From: Tubiluchus corallicola
Lineage: Eukaryota > Animalia > Priapulida
Reading direction: 5' to 3'
Assembly: GCA_030141605.1 (NCBI GenBank)
Contig: JAQGDQ010000001.1
Span: 2,728,001-2,792,000, forward strand
Length of the DNA stretch: 64,000 nucleotides
In this document: positions 41,201-55,691 of the stretch, one piece after another
Layout of the letters: each line of letters starts with the position of its first letter
How positions within the stretch are numbered: the stretch's first letter is position 1
The notes under the pieces: generated by a model
Told to the model about the DNA's origin: nothing
Databases searched by the model: none
Seen by the model: the letters and a program-made list of their open reading frames with translations, nothing else
Made by a program: the position numbers and the translations under genes

Positions 41201-44200
41201 TTATTCTGTTTTGTATTAAAAAATGACACACTCATGCAAGAAGCCACATTGAAACATCATGTCCCTGTTTTAACGTTTCACAGTGTTTTCTTTTTATTGA
41301 AATGAATTCGCTAAGTACTACAGACCTAAGTTGTTTTAGAGAAGTGTGTTGTGACACAATTACTATATTGCCGTCACAAAAATCAAGATTATGGCATTAA
41401 TTAGCAAACAGCATGTGAGGCATTTCACTTCTTCAATAAATCTGCGTTTGAAAGAGCAGCCTGACAACCTGTTTTTGTTCAGTAAACGTTTTTCTCCAAG
41501 TAGGCGCTCTCCTAAATTCATAGCAAGCTAGATACATCGTCAACTAAACACTTGAGATTACCATATTTCAACAACCGTACAAAGCTGCGCCCGAGTTTCA
41601 TTACTGTAATATGCTGTGTCAACTCCGCTGGTAATCACAATCACGTATTTTTCTTACTTGTTAAAACCTTGATTATCAGATTATGTTTAATAAATGTTTG
41701 ACCAAGCTCGGACAGTGTTTAGTTTGCTCTGATACCGTCAGGCAATTCCGCGCCACAATTGTTGCCATTTTGCAAGCGTTTATTAAATTAGTCCCTCAAG
41801 TGCGTGATATTTCGGAAGATTGTATTTGATGGCACGGTACCGCAGATTGACTCATGCTAGCTCTATGTATATACGATTTACTGCGTCGTAATACTCTATA
41901 ATAGTAGAGCAAGCGTACTGTGCAAGCAAAAATGACTTGCAGAATAACAGTACTATAGATACTTCTTCCACGCATAATTTGTCAGATAGATAATACGCCT
42001 TTGAGCCTTCGAAGGCTTTGGCTTCTATAAAAAAATTAAACTGTTTTCGCTTTCCCCATGTTAAATTTACCCCAGAGTGACCATAAACACCTATTCTTGC
42101 TTTATCAAACATCAATATTCTTTTCTTTTCCGTAGTGCATGACCTAAAATAACGGAAATATAATTCTTAATGACAAGAACAGTGACCAATTGATGAAAAA
42201 TCCAACAATTAAAAAACAATGAAAACGGGTTTTTCTGGTTTTTTAATTGTGGAATTTTCGTTAGTGACGGAAATTGTTTTACCAGTTGTGTGCGATGCTT
42301 AATGAATTTCTGCGTGCAAGCCATGGTTGTAAACATGTATCGCAGAGTTGAGCCCGTTGAGATCTTTGCGGTGACGGCAAGAAGTTCGTTAGGAAGCCAA
42401 ATCACGCGCTGCACGCATGCGCAGATACATAATGCAACTCCATAGTGTCAAAAAATCTTTCAAATTCAGTGATTTATTCGACACTGTAAACAGTTCACTT
42501 TTCCACACACCGCCATACATCTTAATCTGTGCGAGAAATAAACGGCGCAGAAGGGAAAATAATGGCTGCCAGAGTGCAGGTTGTGACAGTGACCAAGATT
42601 TAGTATCCTCCTGACATTAGATCAGCAAGAGGCGATGTTGTGTTTAGGAAGAGATAATTAAAATATTATAGCCTCTAATAAGATGTGAATGGAGTAACGT
42701 AATAGGGGAAGTTCATGAGTTGAGAGCTTTGACGACATTAAAGCATCGTAAAGCGTTTACAGAGGAGGCGCAGCTTTATAATAAAGAATCAACAAAGACA
42801 CTGCTCTGTAATCTTACTATAATATTAAAGTTTACAGTTTTGTTTAATTGCGAAATCATGTTTTAACAGCTGCTGGCCTAGGTGCACACTGACTGAACAA
42901 TAACAGAACTGATAGCAGTTTGTGTTGACAAAAATAAAATGGCACCAGTTGTTGACTTGTTGTTGATGTTTTGATTTTCATAATGGCATGATGAATAATT
43001 GAAGCCAATATTGGCAATATTTTATTTAAAAAAACGATTTCCAGTTTTGTATATAAACTTTCTTTTATGTGAGTATAGAAAACCACATAGCTGATATGTG
43101 AATATAGAAAACCACATACACAATATCTTCGTATTAGTTCAGTGCTGAAGTGCAACTGCAACAAAGTTTATTAACAAGTCAGTATTACATTTGTTCTATA
43201 ATTAATAGCTTACTTAAATAGGAGACACGACACAATTGCGATCAATTCGATATTTCTATCACAAAAATGTAATTATTGTATTTTTATTACAGGCACTTAA
43301 AAACATTTATAGTTAAAACACCACAACAGTTTCTTGGAACACAATGAGACCATGTTTAATGCACTTCAGATGCAACCATCTGTAGCCATGCATTCTTCCC
43401 GTTTTAACAGTCTAATCCTTAACAAATAACGTAATAATAAAAGTCGCATCACATTGCGCCCACTTTCGAAACGATCCGAGTTTTTTTTGTTATTTTTTAA
43501 CGTTCTTATACTTATAATAATTCTGTAAACATTCTCTTATCCCCTTGCTACTTAACTCATGTCTAAAGTCCAAAAAACACGAGTTCTTCTCGTTCCTCCA
43601 TGACTGAAAAAGTAGATGTACAATTTAAACGCAAAAATTGTTTTAACAACTACAGCAGTTATAAGGGAATAATACGATCTTTTCCGTTTTCCGTCTGATT
43701 GTAAAAAATCGGATTGTAAACAAACTTGCCATTAGATTATCAAAAAATTTGGTTAAAACCAGATTTTTTTATAATTGGATATCATTGTCCTAAAACGCCT
43801 TCTCACATACTGTTTATATGTCCTTAATATATGAAGACCTCCCATCTGCCCGAAATCAAACGAGCTGAGAATTGGATGTAGAAGTCATGGTACTATTGAG
43901 TCAAAGTTTTCCCTATGAGGTAAGTGAACAGAAACAGTTTGAGAGGTGCTAACTAATTATCATAAACAAACACCCTATAGTAGACTATTACTGTAGGATC
44001 ATTACTGGAGTGAAGCTACATAAAGTTCAATTGGATTCAGTTACTGAAAGCAGTCAATTATAATAGACTGAAGCAAGACAACATGGCTTGGATGCATTGA
44101 CATTAGCTTTCATAATTGGTTCTATTTGCACAAAACAGTTCACGTTCTCATTGAAACCAATCACCTAGAAACTAAGTGCATCAATCAGAATCTGAATGGT

Positions 44201-45335
44201 TCAATATCACATGAATTTTCTCTCTCATTTATTTCATGACAATAGAAAGCACTCTCAGTAAGTACATAAGCCTGAAAACGTATACGGATTACGTTACTGT
44301 TCTTCGTTCCGCCATTAGTACCAAGAACTAAACAATGAACCTATCTCTTGAATGGACATGCATGTGACTTGTTACTCTCGCAACAGAATTTTTCTACTGT
44401 TTCGTAATGTCTACTAATGAACTTTCATATTCAGTTTCATGCTCATTCAACTTCGTATTAACCATTAATGACTCATCTATACATTATAAGTTTTGTATTT
44501 TGTACATTTTCAACAAAATATAATTTAGTGCCCGGCTCAACTGTGGAACTGGCATCTTCTCAGGTCGACCAGAAAGTGGAAACCAATAATTTGAAAAGCG
44601 ACTATTTGATGAAAGGTCAACTATTCAGCTGGGGGGGGGGGGGCTGTGGTCATTCCATGCAGAAGTTAAGCCTAGTACTGTCATCACCAGCACCCGCACC
44701 ACCCCACTGCCATCACCGTCGCTGTCTCCGACGTCACCAACGTTATCACGACCGTCACCAACATGCATCATTGCCAACACCACTAGTATCTCGAACATCA
44801 TCATCATCATCATCATCACTATGAACATAAATTCTTTGTTGCAATCTAGCTTTTCTCTTACCACTCTTGCTGCCACTGCAGCAGCTCTGCTACTGTGGCT
44901 GAGGTTATTGTCACTACTGACGCCATCATCTTATACAACGCCTAGGATACAGAATGAACTAATCCCTAATATTATGACATCTATGTACAACATCTAGCCC
45001 ATTAAGTTACAAAGACGTATTTTATGAATTATGTAAACATATAGTGCAATTACTATTTATTGTAGACGCCCATGCATCAAGTTTATAGCTTATCCAAAGG
45101 GCGTAAACAAATTAAGTAATTAATTTGTACATGCTAACAACCATTTATTGCTTCATGTAACAAACACGAAATGACGAGCAGTGCTAGGTCACAAACAAAG
45201 AAATGAGTAATTAAAAATCAAATATAATCTCTATGTAGATTATACCTTTCATTTCTCCCAATTACACTATAAAGTGAAGAGGTTAATATGAGACTATATT
45301 TCGCCTTTAATCCCTGTTGAATATTATTAATGCTA

Positions 45336-45463
<128 letters not shown>

Positions 45464-47940
45464 TAATGCTATTTCAATACACCCGTGGATCAATACGCCA
45501 AGAATCGAGGTATCCAACCTGACTGTAACAGTGGCACAATGCAGGGATCCCCCTCACTAGTATATTGTTAGTTTAATTGAGATCCAACAGTACGAAATGG
45601 CACGTAACCACACTTTCAGAAAAAAAGGGCAGATTTACATTTGCAAAACCAACTGAGTAGATGCTCGCAAGTAAATAACTTTATGTAGTTTAAGTATATT
45701 ATTATTTTAAATTTTACTGAATCTTTTTTATTTTTGTACTTAAATGCACTATATAATCTGTAAACGATTTCTCGTTTAAAAATTATCATTTCATGACCTA
45801 ACATGTGTACTCTAGGTCTTCAAATCTGCGAGGACCAGTTAAACAAAATAAATTACTTAGGAGGATTGCTTAATTTTTTAAACTTTTTAGAGGATTAACA
45901 ACAATTAGAAGGCTGAACTAAACTGAGAGTATATACGTAATAAAATTGAAAAAGTGCTTTTGGTCCAGCATACTTTATATTTAACAACTAGCTAAAGCTA
46001 ACATACATGATAAAAGCAATGTTGCAATAACTTCACAGTTACTGATGAAACAATACAAAGGTCTACATCGGGGTCGACATAGCTCTACTAATAATAATAA
46101 TTGTGTAATATGTTTGCAGCGTTGGTGGTACAAACCATCCATTTCAAGTAGAATGCGTGTATTTTACCAACTCGGTGTTTGACACGATTTTTGCTTCAAC
46201 TTTAGCGTTTGTACGCCCTTCGGTAAAAGTACCGCTACTCGATTGCGCATCATCGATTAACAATAATAGCAAGCACGCGTTATCATTTTACTATCTCTCT
46301 TAATGACAGTTATATACGCACCTATTGATTAACCCACCTGTTTTGTGTAGACAGATGCCCAGCTTTGCATTTAGCCGAGCTTAGCGGTGCATGCTTGCTT
46401 CCTGACGGGACAAACGACAAAGAGGCGCTTGATCAAGAGAAAGAGAGGATGCTACCGATTGCTGAGCCGCAGCAGTTGCAGAAACTCTCATCCTAATGCT
46501 GCCTAAAACATCCTAAAAAGTTTGCTCTTTGTATAGACGTGGAGTAAGATTGTGTTTGAACCTACTCAATAATTATAAATAAACTTCCGGACTAAACCAC
46601 TAATAAACATGAAGGTACACGTCCCAGTTTACTTATTTCCTCTCCCACATACTAGGACCTAGGTTGTCATTCTACTCTTAAACTGTTCGGGAATTTTTAA
46701 TGGGATACAATGATGCTAAAAAGCAATGTAACTATATACCTTAACAACTACGAAAATGCATGATTAGACCGTTATTTACAATGCAAAATATAATACACAC
46801 ACCTGATTTAAAAATGTTATAGTTACAATTGAATGCATACGTATTTATTCTGGATTTCATCACTTCAACATTTCACCATTTAAAAACTTAAAATGTTTGA
46901 CACCTTTACTATTAAGCTGATATAAATTGAAAAAAATGTCGCTTAAATGGAATAAATTGAAATGAAATTATACAAGTCAAGCTAAACTAATTAAACTGAA
47001 TTGAACCTGGTATGCGTTATCCAAAAAACAGTAAGAGTAACAAAAATTAAGAAGTTACGATGTTGTGTAAAATCACAATCTATGTTTGAATATTACAAGA
47101 TTGCTTATCTGCAATTTCTTTGATGATAGTGTTTCACTTGCAATGTCAAGAGCAAAAATCACCTGGGTATACCTTTCTCTTCATTATGCTCACGAAACAG
47201 AAATCCATCTACCTATATTTTACTCTGATTGTTCATTTATGTATAGTAACCAGTAAATATTTAACTCCCTTATTGTGCATTAGATTGGGGATGCATACAT
47301 ACATTATTAATAACCTCGGAATTGTGTTCTGATGATGCATAATTTACCCACCAATACACATATGATTGTACCAAACAGGTAAAACACCTGTGCAGTTTCC
47401 ACCTGTGCAATAACTATATAGTAGTGACTTACCTACTATGTTCAGCTTGTACAGTCAAACATAAGTTAAAACCATTAAAAATAGTACGACTATGTGGCAA
47501 AAAATATTTTACAAATCTTGAAATTTTAAACCCGTGAAGGGGAAGTGTCATTTCTAGTGAGAAGTAACGCCTCGTGCAAAAAATCTCTTTCTGAATCAGA
47601 GCTTACACTATAGGCAGGCGGCAACAAATGTTACATGACAGACTTTCTGAAAATTTAACCAAAATGGCATTTTGATAGTGTACTTGTTAAATCAACATCT
47701 AAAAAAAGTTATAAAACAGGATGAATCATGGTAATCAATAAGAAACAGAAGTGTATCTAAAACTGTATTCAAGACGATAGATGCAATACTGTCTGTTGTA
47801 TATTGTCATGATTGTTTCTATCATTGCTTTTATAGTGAATGAATTATTAATCTGTAAATTAGAGAAACATATTATCATTTTAGCATTTAAGCGTTTAATT
47901 TCAAAGTGGCAAACCAACACCTAATAATGGAAAATAAAAA

Positions 47941-47960
47941 TGATATGATGATGGTGATGG

Positions 47961-48016
<56 letters not shown>

Positions 48017-48017
48017 G

Positions 48018-48068
<51 letters not shown>

Positions 48069-48108
48069 CGATGATGATTATGATGATAACGACGACGATG
48101 ACGACGAC
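47941..48108. repeat. (GAT)n microsatellite
   Basis: Direct reading; it explains the poly-M and poly-I ORFs. Confidence 0.95.
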
Positions 48109-48371
48109 GTTGGTGATGATGCTAATGATGGCAAAAGTGGTGCAGACATCATGCAAAGAAGGTCAGTTCCGTCCACGAATCGTGCATAGCATCTTCGCGC
48201 CATCAATCAACTTTGCCTGCAGCTTCATGAGCTACAAGAACAGCGCCAATCAGTAACTATGAATTATTAACTCATGCACTCACAGTGATGTAATGATTTT
48301 GCAATCTGATCAAAAGGCGTCTTGCTCACAGAAATCTGAAAAACTTGGAGAATATTAGTCTTGCTCTTGCT

Positions 48372-48421
<50 letters not shown>

Positions 48422-48427
48422 GCTCTT

Positions 48428-48727
48428 TCTTTCTCTCCCCTTCTCTATTTCTTTTACGTTCTCTCCCTCCCTCTTCTTTACCCAACCCTTGTTGTTTCAT
48501 GAAGTTTCAAGCAAAAATCTGTATTGGTTCTCATTAATTTATTCCCGAGATAACCAACATATCACTCTGTCAATTACTCTTTCTCTCCCCTTCTCTATTT
48601 CTTTTACGTTCTCTCCCTCCCTCTTCTTTACCCAACCCTTATTGTTTCATGAAGTTTCAAGCAAAAATCTGTATTGGTTCTCATTAATTTATTCCCGAGA
48701 TAACCAACATATCACTCTGTCAATTAC
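48428..48727. repeat. Near-perfect 150-bp tandem duplication next to a (TC)n tract (48375-48418)
   Basis: 48428-48577 matches 48578-48727 with one visible substitution (cttg/ctta). Confidence 0.93.
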
Positions 48728-51019
48728 CGCGCTAAATGCTTGCGGACAGGCAAACCTACTTGTAACTTGATGGCTTGGAATTAGATTGTCCAAGCCTTAA
48801 TTGTTTCTACTGATTTCTAATTGTTTCTGCTGTCCAGTGGGAGGGCGAAGTCTCTGGGCGTTATCGACAGCTGGCTCGCCTAGGTTAAATCGGAAACGTG
48901 TCTTGCACGAAAAGGAATTCAAGGAGGAGCGAGGCCATGCAAGAGTTTGAAATCACATGACTAGATAATTAATGGCATAGGTGTAATTGAAAAAGTTTGC
49001 TGAAGTGCACTTTCTTATTTGAAACCAGTCAAAATTTGTTCAACAACGATCGCAGACGTTGACGTGCAATTTAAAGTGAACTACCAATACTAATGATAAT
49101 TTTAGAACAAAATCATTAAAAACTATCATTTAAAAGATAAAAATACAGCAAATTATGCAACAAAATGTTGTTCTGCGAGATAGTAAAATTTTAACTCATA
49201 TAAGTAGGCCAAAACACATACGAAAGACGCAATAAATACTGAATCTGGCAATGCCTACATAGACTCTCTGCATTTCATCAGACTAAACTTTCAAAAATGA
49301 AAAGTAGAGTTGGTTTTTATGATGAGCAACTGCACGTTTCATATTTACGAAGCCATATGCAGAGGTAGGGCTTACATGACTTGGCAAAAACAAAAAGCCA
49401 GGACGCTTTCTAAAACTCGACAAATTCTTAAGTTCAATTATTGCTCTTCATACATGCACATTTCACTAGATTGTGTTTGACAATTATAAACATCAGTGAC
49501 GAGTTGGACCGAAATCTCTTGTTTCTGTGTGTCAGTCGCCATCATCATCCACACATCTCGCAAGTTCTCGAGGGGCAACTCAAGTAATTCTGAAAATTAC
49601 ACCGAGGATTCAGGAGGTCAATTTGTAAATATTTCTCGCCGAATGGTAAATCATTCTGCGTCACTTAGCATTTAATTTTCTTACTGGGAAGGAAAACTTG
49701 ACTCCACCCATGTCAGGTTTTATTAATTAAGTAAGCGGCATTGTTGCTGCATGTGCTAGTCTATCACTGGCATCCTGAACTTTGAATATTTGAATGCTTT
49801 CCCACGGCTTTCATTTAAAGGCTTCAACGTACTGTCTACGGCCATATTATAGAGGTAATTTTTAACACTTCTACGGAAGTAATATTTAATTATTAAAACA
49901 ATTTAATTTTAAGATATGATTATGTTGCATGATAGGACATGGCAAGTTATAGTGGTGTCTACTCTAAGGGTTGTACACGAGTCAGTTACAATAAATGATA
50001 ATAGTAATATCACACACATAATCTCAATTACAAAACACGTGTGACTATTCTGAAATGCCAATAATATTATTGTGAGTGGGTCTTTCCTCGATTATTTTTA
50101 TTTAAGCCATTAGCAACAAGCATTTACACAATCGCACATTTTGGATTACATTAAATTCTATTTCTTTTTTCTTTAGCTTGCTGCAAAAAAATCGCCTAAG
50201 TTCGCCTGGTGTTGCTAAAATTTAACTAAGCAATTACTTTTCGCATCCATTGTTTCCAGTTTCATAACACCTTTTTTATATAACAAATAGGTTAATTATC
50301 CAAGTGGAAATTTGGACACATTTCTTAAGACAGTGAGTAAAAGTGACATGCATCTTTACGCTTATTGATATTAATATTATTAATTTTATACATTACGCAT
50401 TAACCGATTTCTCCCTTTGTCGCTATCAGGTGCATCAGCAGATTTGTGTTAGTGAAAAATACAAAAAATCACTTCATAACTTTCACGCTTGATTTGCCCG
50501 AAGCGGGAAGTGAAATGGAAAATATTGGAAATCAGTTGTACAAGTAGCCATTGGAGGAAAACAGAGTTGCGTAACATCTGGACGAGTTCCCGATCAGATT
50601 TACATAAACGTGTTTTTTGCCAAAAGCAAAAAACGTTTGCAGAAAAAATACGCGTTTCTTTGTGACGGCGAAGTCTCTGATGTTGCGGCAAAGTCAAAAT
50701 AGTTCTATAGATCAAATAGCGTTTGTAAAAACGCGTTTCCTACTGTGGTTACTTGTTTGATCGTTCGTTTATTCTTTCTACCGTTCATTTACTCGCTTGT
50801 TCTTCATTCATTCCTTCGATCATTTGTTTGTTTTATTGTTCATTCGATCACGGACTAGTTCATTCATTCTTTTATTCACTTACTCAATAATCAGTCCTCC
50901 TTTGAACTCATTTATTCATTTTTTCATTGATGTATTTCTCTACTAATTGATTTTTATATTAAAAACCGTAACCGTGCTGCGATGTATTGAAATCGCTACT
51001 GCTTGAAGTTGTTGTTGCA

Positions 51020-51051
<32 letters not shown>

Positions 51052-53948
51052 GCTAGTTGTGCTAGTAGTAACACAGTAGCAATAGTTTGTACTGTTTATT
51101 TATTCACTTATGCACCCATTCATTCTTTATCCATATATTCATTCATTTGTACAATTATTCATTCATTCACTTGTTCAGTCAGCGTGTTTAATCATTCAGT
51201 CAGTTCAGTCTGTTAGTCAAGCTTTTATTTATTCCATTATTTCATTCGTTCGCTCATTCATGCATTCAGTCATTCATTCATTCAACTATTTATTGATTCA
51301 AACTAAACAACTTATCTATCGTTTTTTCTCTTAATGCACTAATTGCACAACCTATCTACGACAAGGACGCTGATTAATTTCTATAACAATTAGAGCCACA
51401 TAACAAAGCTCTATTGATGCTAGTAAAGCAATGTATGGACACCAAGTACTAGTGTAACCCGGAAACTATAAAAGGTGTCGAGTCCTAAAACGATTTTATA
51501 AATACCAATTATTTCATTATACAACCAAGCACAAATAACTACACGTACTTAAAAATTAAAGAGAACACAATCGTTCATGCACGACACTGTGGTTACACTG
51601 TGAAAAAAGCTTTTCCAAAGCTTTTTTTCATTAACCAGCGCATTATGAGAAAATACAATTATAAGTATTATACCAGTAGAAGCTACGAATGACATATAGT
51701 TTAGACAATTTTGCACCAAAGCAGTGTAGGCGCCTGCATAGTGTTTTTATTTTTCTACAAACGCACACAACTAGTATTTTCTTCATTTGCTTTACAATTC
51801 ATACTAGCTGCCTTGGTGTTCATACGAACAATGCATTGAACATAACTGTATATGATGAAGAAGTAGCAAGTGCAACAGCTTGATAATTTTTCTGAAACAC
51901 CTTGCTAATTTTTTACATAAGGTAGTTATAGTAATTTTATGTAATAGTCGTTGTTTTCCTCTTCTGCTTTTCGTTTTATTCAACGTTTTATGTAGTGCTC
52001 CCGAAAATTAACTTTTATATGGTAGTAGATGTAATTGTTCCCAAGCTCCACAACTACATTAAAACGAATATAAATGAGGTCTTAGAAAACCCTCGCCTCG
52101 TCAGGAAGCCTGTGACGAGGGAAGAAGCAGTCTTCAGTAAGTTGTGAACGTACAAAAGATTCCAGATCATCACTTAACAGTTGTTTCAGCTCTCATGACT
52201 TGCGGATAAGTATGTGGTAAGCGGCTTAAGTTATTACCAAACATCCGCGGCGATATTGATCCGCGTAATAGCGCAGTAATACACTGTGATCAGGACCGAC
52301 TTAAGGCGATTGTCGTCACGGTAAAGTGGGGAGATGATAACACTTAATAGACGATTTTCAAAGCTTAATGTGAACAGAAACAGCGCAAAATCAGCGCGCA
52401 AAACGGCACCAGTGTGTGCCCTGCTTAAGAAATCAGACTCAATTGTCATTGACAATGTCTAGTTGGCATATAGCGGATACTTGAACTGGTAATCGCCATT
52501 GAATTTCGTTGGTTTGTTCAATAGGCCTTTTAAACTGAACGGATCTCGATGGTAGCAAAGTAGTGTTTATGCAGATTTAGCTCATGTCAGTCGTGACATG
52601 TAGTGATTAGCAGAGAATCGTCCTCTAATGGCTTCTCTTTATGGGAGGTGTGTAGGCTTGCAGCAAAATCAGTTTCCGAAACGAAACACATATTAAAAAG
52701 ACAACTTTATCAATCTAATGCACACATAGCAAAAACTACGCATAAACGTTTAACGACTGCTTTCTGCTGTTAAGTTTACTATTGGTGACTTTAGCGAGTG
52801 TTATGCAATTCACAAATGAAATGTGAAAACGTCTTAACGAGTCCTAGATTAGAACTAGAGATCTTTAGATTACAAGTTCATCATCACGACCACACGACCT
52901 TTGTGGTTGTAGCAGTTAAAAATCTTCATACCGTAGTAACTTCATACCGTAGCATTGCTAACTAATTGCATCACTTTTTGTAGTTTATTTAGAGCCTAGG
53001 ATAACCGAAGGCCTATTAGTTTCTTAAAATTTCTGTTTGAATATCATTGATCATTGATAGAAAGAGTCTATAACAAGAAATTTAAAAAAATACGAACCAA
53101 AAGCAAGAGATGTGAAAATGTCTGACTAAGTGGTAATCATGGTCTGCTGGGTTACACAAAATTACAAGCCCATTGATCACAATAGATCCATAACACATTG
53201 TGGCCAATGTAAGTCTTATATTTATTCTCAATAGCTTACCAGCCAAATCGACATTTCCAAGTGCTAATTACAATAAAGAAATTTTAAAAGAAAATTCGAT
53301 ATTTTCAAACATTTGGCAAACGAAAGCGTCTTCTTCGTACATTTGAATTTTTAAGAAACTTATGTTTAATGTGATAGTCTACTGGAACAGTGGGAAATTT
53401 TAATGGTCGCTGAGCAACGGCGAAAAACGAACGTTTTATTTCAAGCAAACAGCTTTTTCGGAAAGTATACAGAAACGTTTTAATTCCGGAAACATGATTT
53501 TTCGCATTTATATTTAAAGCTCGCCGGTTCACAGTCTCGGGTATAATTAGATTAATTTGTCTTTCAGCAGGAATTTTCTCCCTTCGTTCATGAATATTTG
53601 ATAGCAGTGCTATATGAATTGTAACACAGCATTAATTATTACATATGCGCGACTCCATCAAAATCACCAAAGCGTTGTGAAACAATTGAGGAGTTCCATA
53701 TTATTTATTCATTCAAAAATGATTGCTCAACACATGGACAAATGCAAGAAGCTATTTAATGTAACTATAGATCATGCGCAGAACTATTATACAGATTTAG
53801 CATCATATTGTACAGGTGAAATAGATGACGATAGAACTTTTGAAACAAGTAATATAAAGCTAATATATATATATGTAGTCGTGAAAATAAATAAATGAGT
53901 AAATAAAGATTACGCGGTGACGATGACGGCGACAGCAGTGGTGACAGC

Positions 53949-53950
53949 GG

Positions 53951-53984
<34 letters not shown>

Positions 53985-54006
53985 AACAACAACAACAACA
54001 ACAACG
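53949..54006. repeat. (CAG)n/(CAA)n microsatellite
   Basis: Direct reading. Confidence 0.9.
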
Positions 54007-55210
54007 GCAACAATGACGATAAACGAATAAACCAATGACGGATTGAATGAAAAAAAATAATGAGGCACAAAACATAGTCTATTAACTGTTTTAACAATGA
54101 TGAAAATGATAACAATATTAAAAATTTAAAAATATTGTTCAATAAGTTATTGTCGTTAAATTTTTTATGCGCTAGTCTTCTCATTTTCAATGAAATTTGA
54201 ATATTGCTACTTTGCTGATAGTGTTTTAGACGTGTTGACACGGTTAAAAATGTACAAATTCCATAAACAAAACCCATAAATACGTCATTTTTTGGTATAT
54301 TTTTGGGGTCGAAGTGCCGAAGAAAGAAAATAATATTATACCTGTAATATACATTGGAGGTTTGACAAACTGCGCACTTGATATATGCACAGATATAATA
54401 GGTAATAAACTGTGGTGGAAATCAAAATAGCAATGGTACCTGTGGGATGGTACTGAAAGCTTACATCAGCTCTACGCTTCGTTACCTCGTTGCTTATAAT
54501 GATTGAAAACCAACATTATTGCCTGCCAGAGACCGTAAAAATATGACGTTGCTAATTTAATGTACGTGCTGTGCGGTGTTCAAAACCAAAAATAACATAT
54601 TCACGCTAAATTAAGCAAATTTTTATTTCTCCTAGTTGCGTAATCTGAAACTAGACTGCAGGAAGCTTTGTCGCTCGACAATGTTCGTTGAATGGCAACT
54701 GCTAGACACTAATAACTGAAGAAGCTACTATATATATATATGCAGGCAGGCTGAAACTTAGTAAATTGGGAAACTAAAGTTAATTGCACGAAAACCCATT
54801 TTTGAATAAGATACTAAGTAATCGGAGTTACATTTGGACCTGGAAGCATTTATAGGATAATTAGCCAGCGCACATCTCGGATTCTCAATAAATGGACGTT
54901 TGCCAACACAGGCACTTGGCAACAGGGACACCTGTTTGCCTGGCAAATGGACAGTTGGCAACTAGTATGCTTTTTCATTGAGCTATGGAGATCAAAACGC
55001 AACTAAAGAAATTTGCTAAATACCATGCATCAGTCATTCTACGGCACTTTTATAACCAATTTCTGATCAAGTGGTGAGGTTGGCAATCAAATTACTTTTT
55101 GACAGCTGTCGACGAGTGATTATGCAAAATTTATCGCATTATTTGTAATGACAAACTTTAATCAAATGTTACGTGATTGGGTTTACACATGGTAACTGCT
55201 TATAATCTAG

Positions 55211-55691
55211 GTACTTGGTAAGTTAGACTTTTTGCATCTCAGACGTTTAAACATTTTGTTACTTAGAGCAAGAATCCAAGTTACAAAGTGGATGACTTGT
55301 TCATACAGTTACCAAACGTCCACCTACTCTGTATCAGCTAGTGTCCGAATTACAAAATAAGAAAATGTTATGTAATTCTTGAATGCTATAGTTATCGGGT
55401 GTTTGTGTTGCCAAGTCACAAGCTATAAATACACAGGTTATCAAATGTCCAATAATCATTGTGCCGGAGCTATACAAAGTGTTTGGGTTATAAAGTGCCC
55501 AGCGACCAGTACCTACATCAAGTTTTTGGGTTATCTGGTGGACTAGTTACAATGCAATCTCATTACAAAGGTTTTGGTTACCATAATGTCCTTGTTACTA
55601 AGTGAGTATAGGCTGTGCACCTTGGTTCTAGTTACCAAGGATTTTCGATCTTCAAGCGCCCAAGTTACTAAGTATCCAAGTTACCAAGTAC
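55211..55691. mobile_element. Decayed MITE-like element with ~18-bp TIRs and internal degenerate ~15-bp repeats
   Basis: Left end gtacttggtaagttagac matches the reverse complement of the right end (gtacttggtaacttggat). The interior repeats ccaagttac / gttacc..tgtcc variants many times. Confidence 0.55.
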
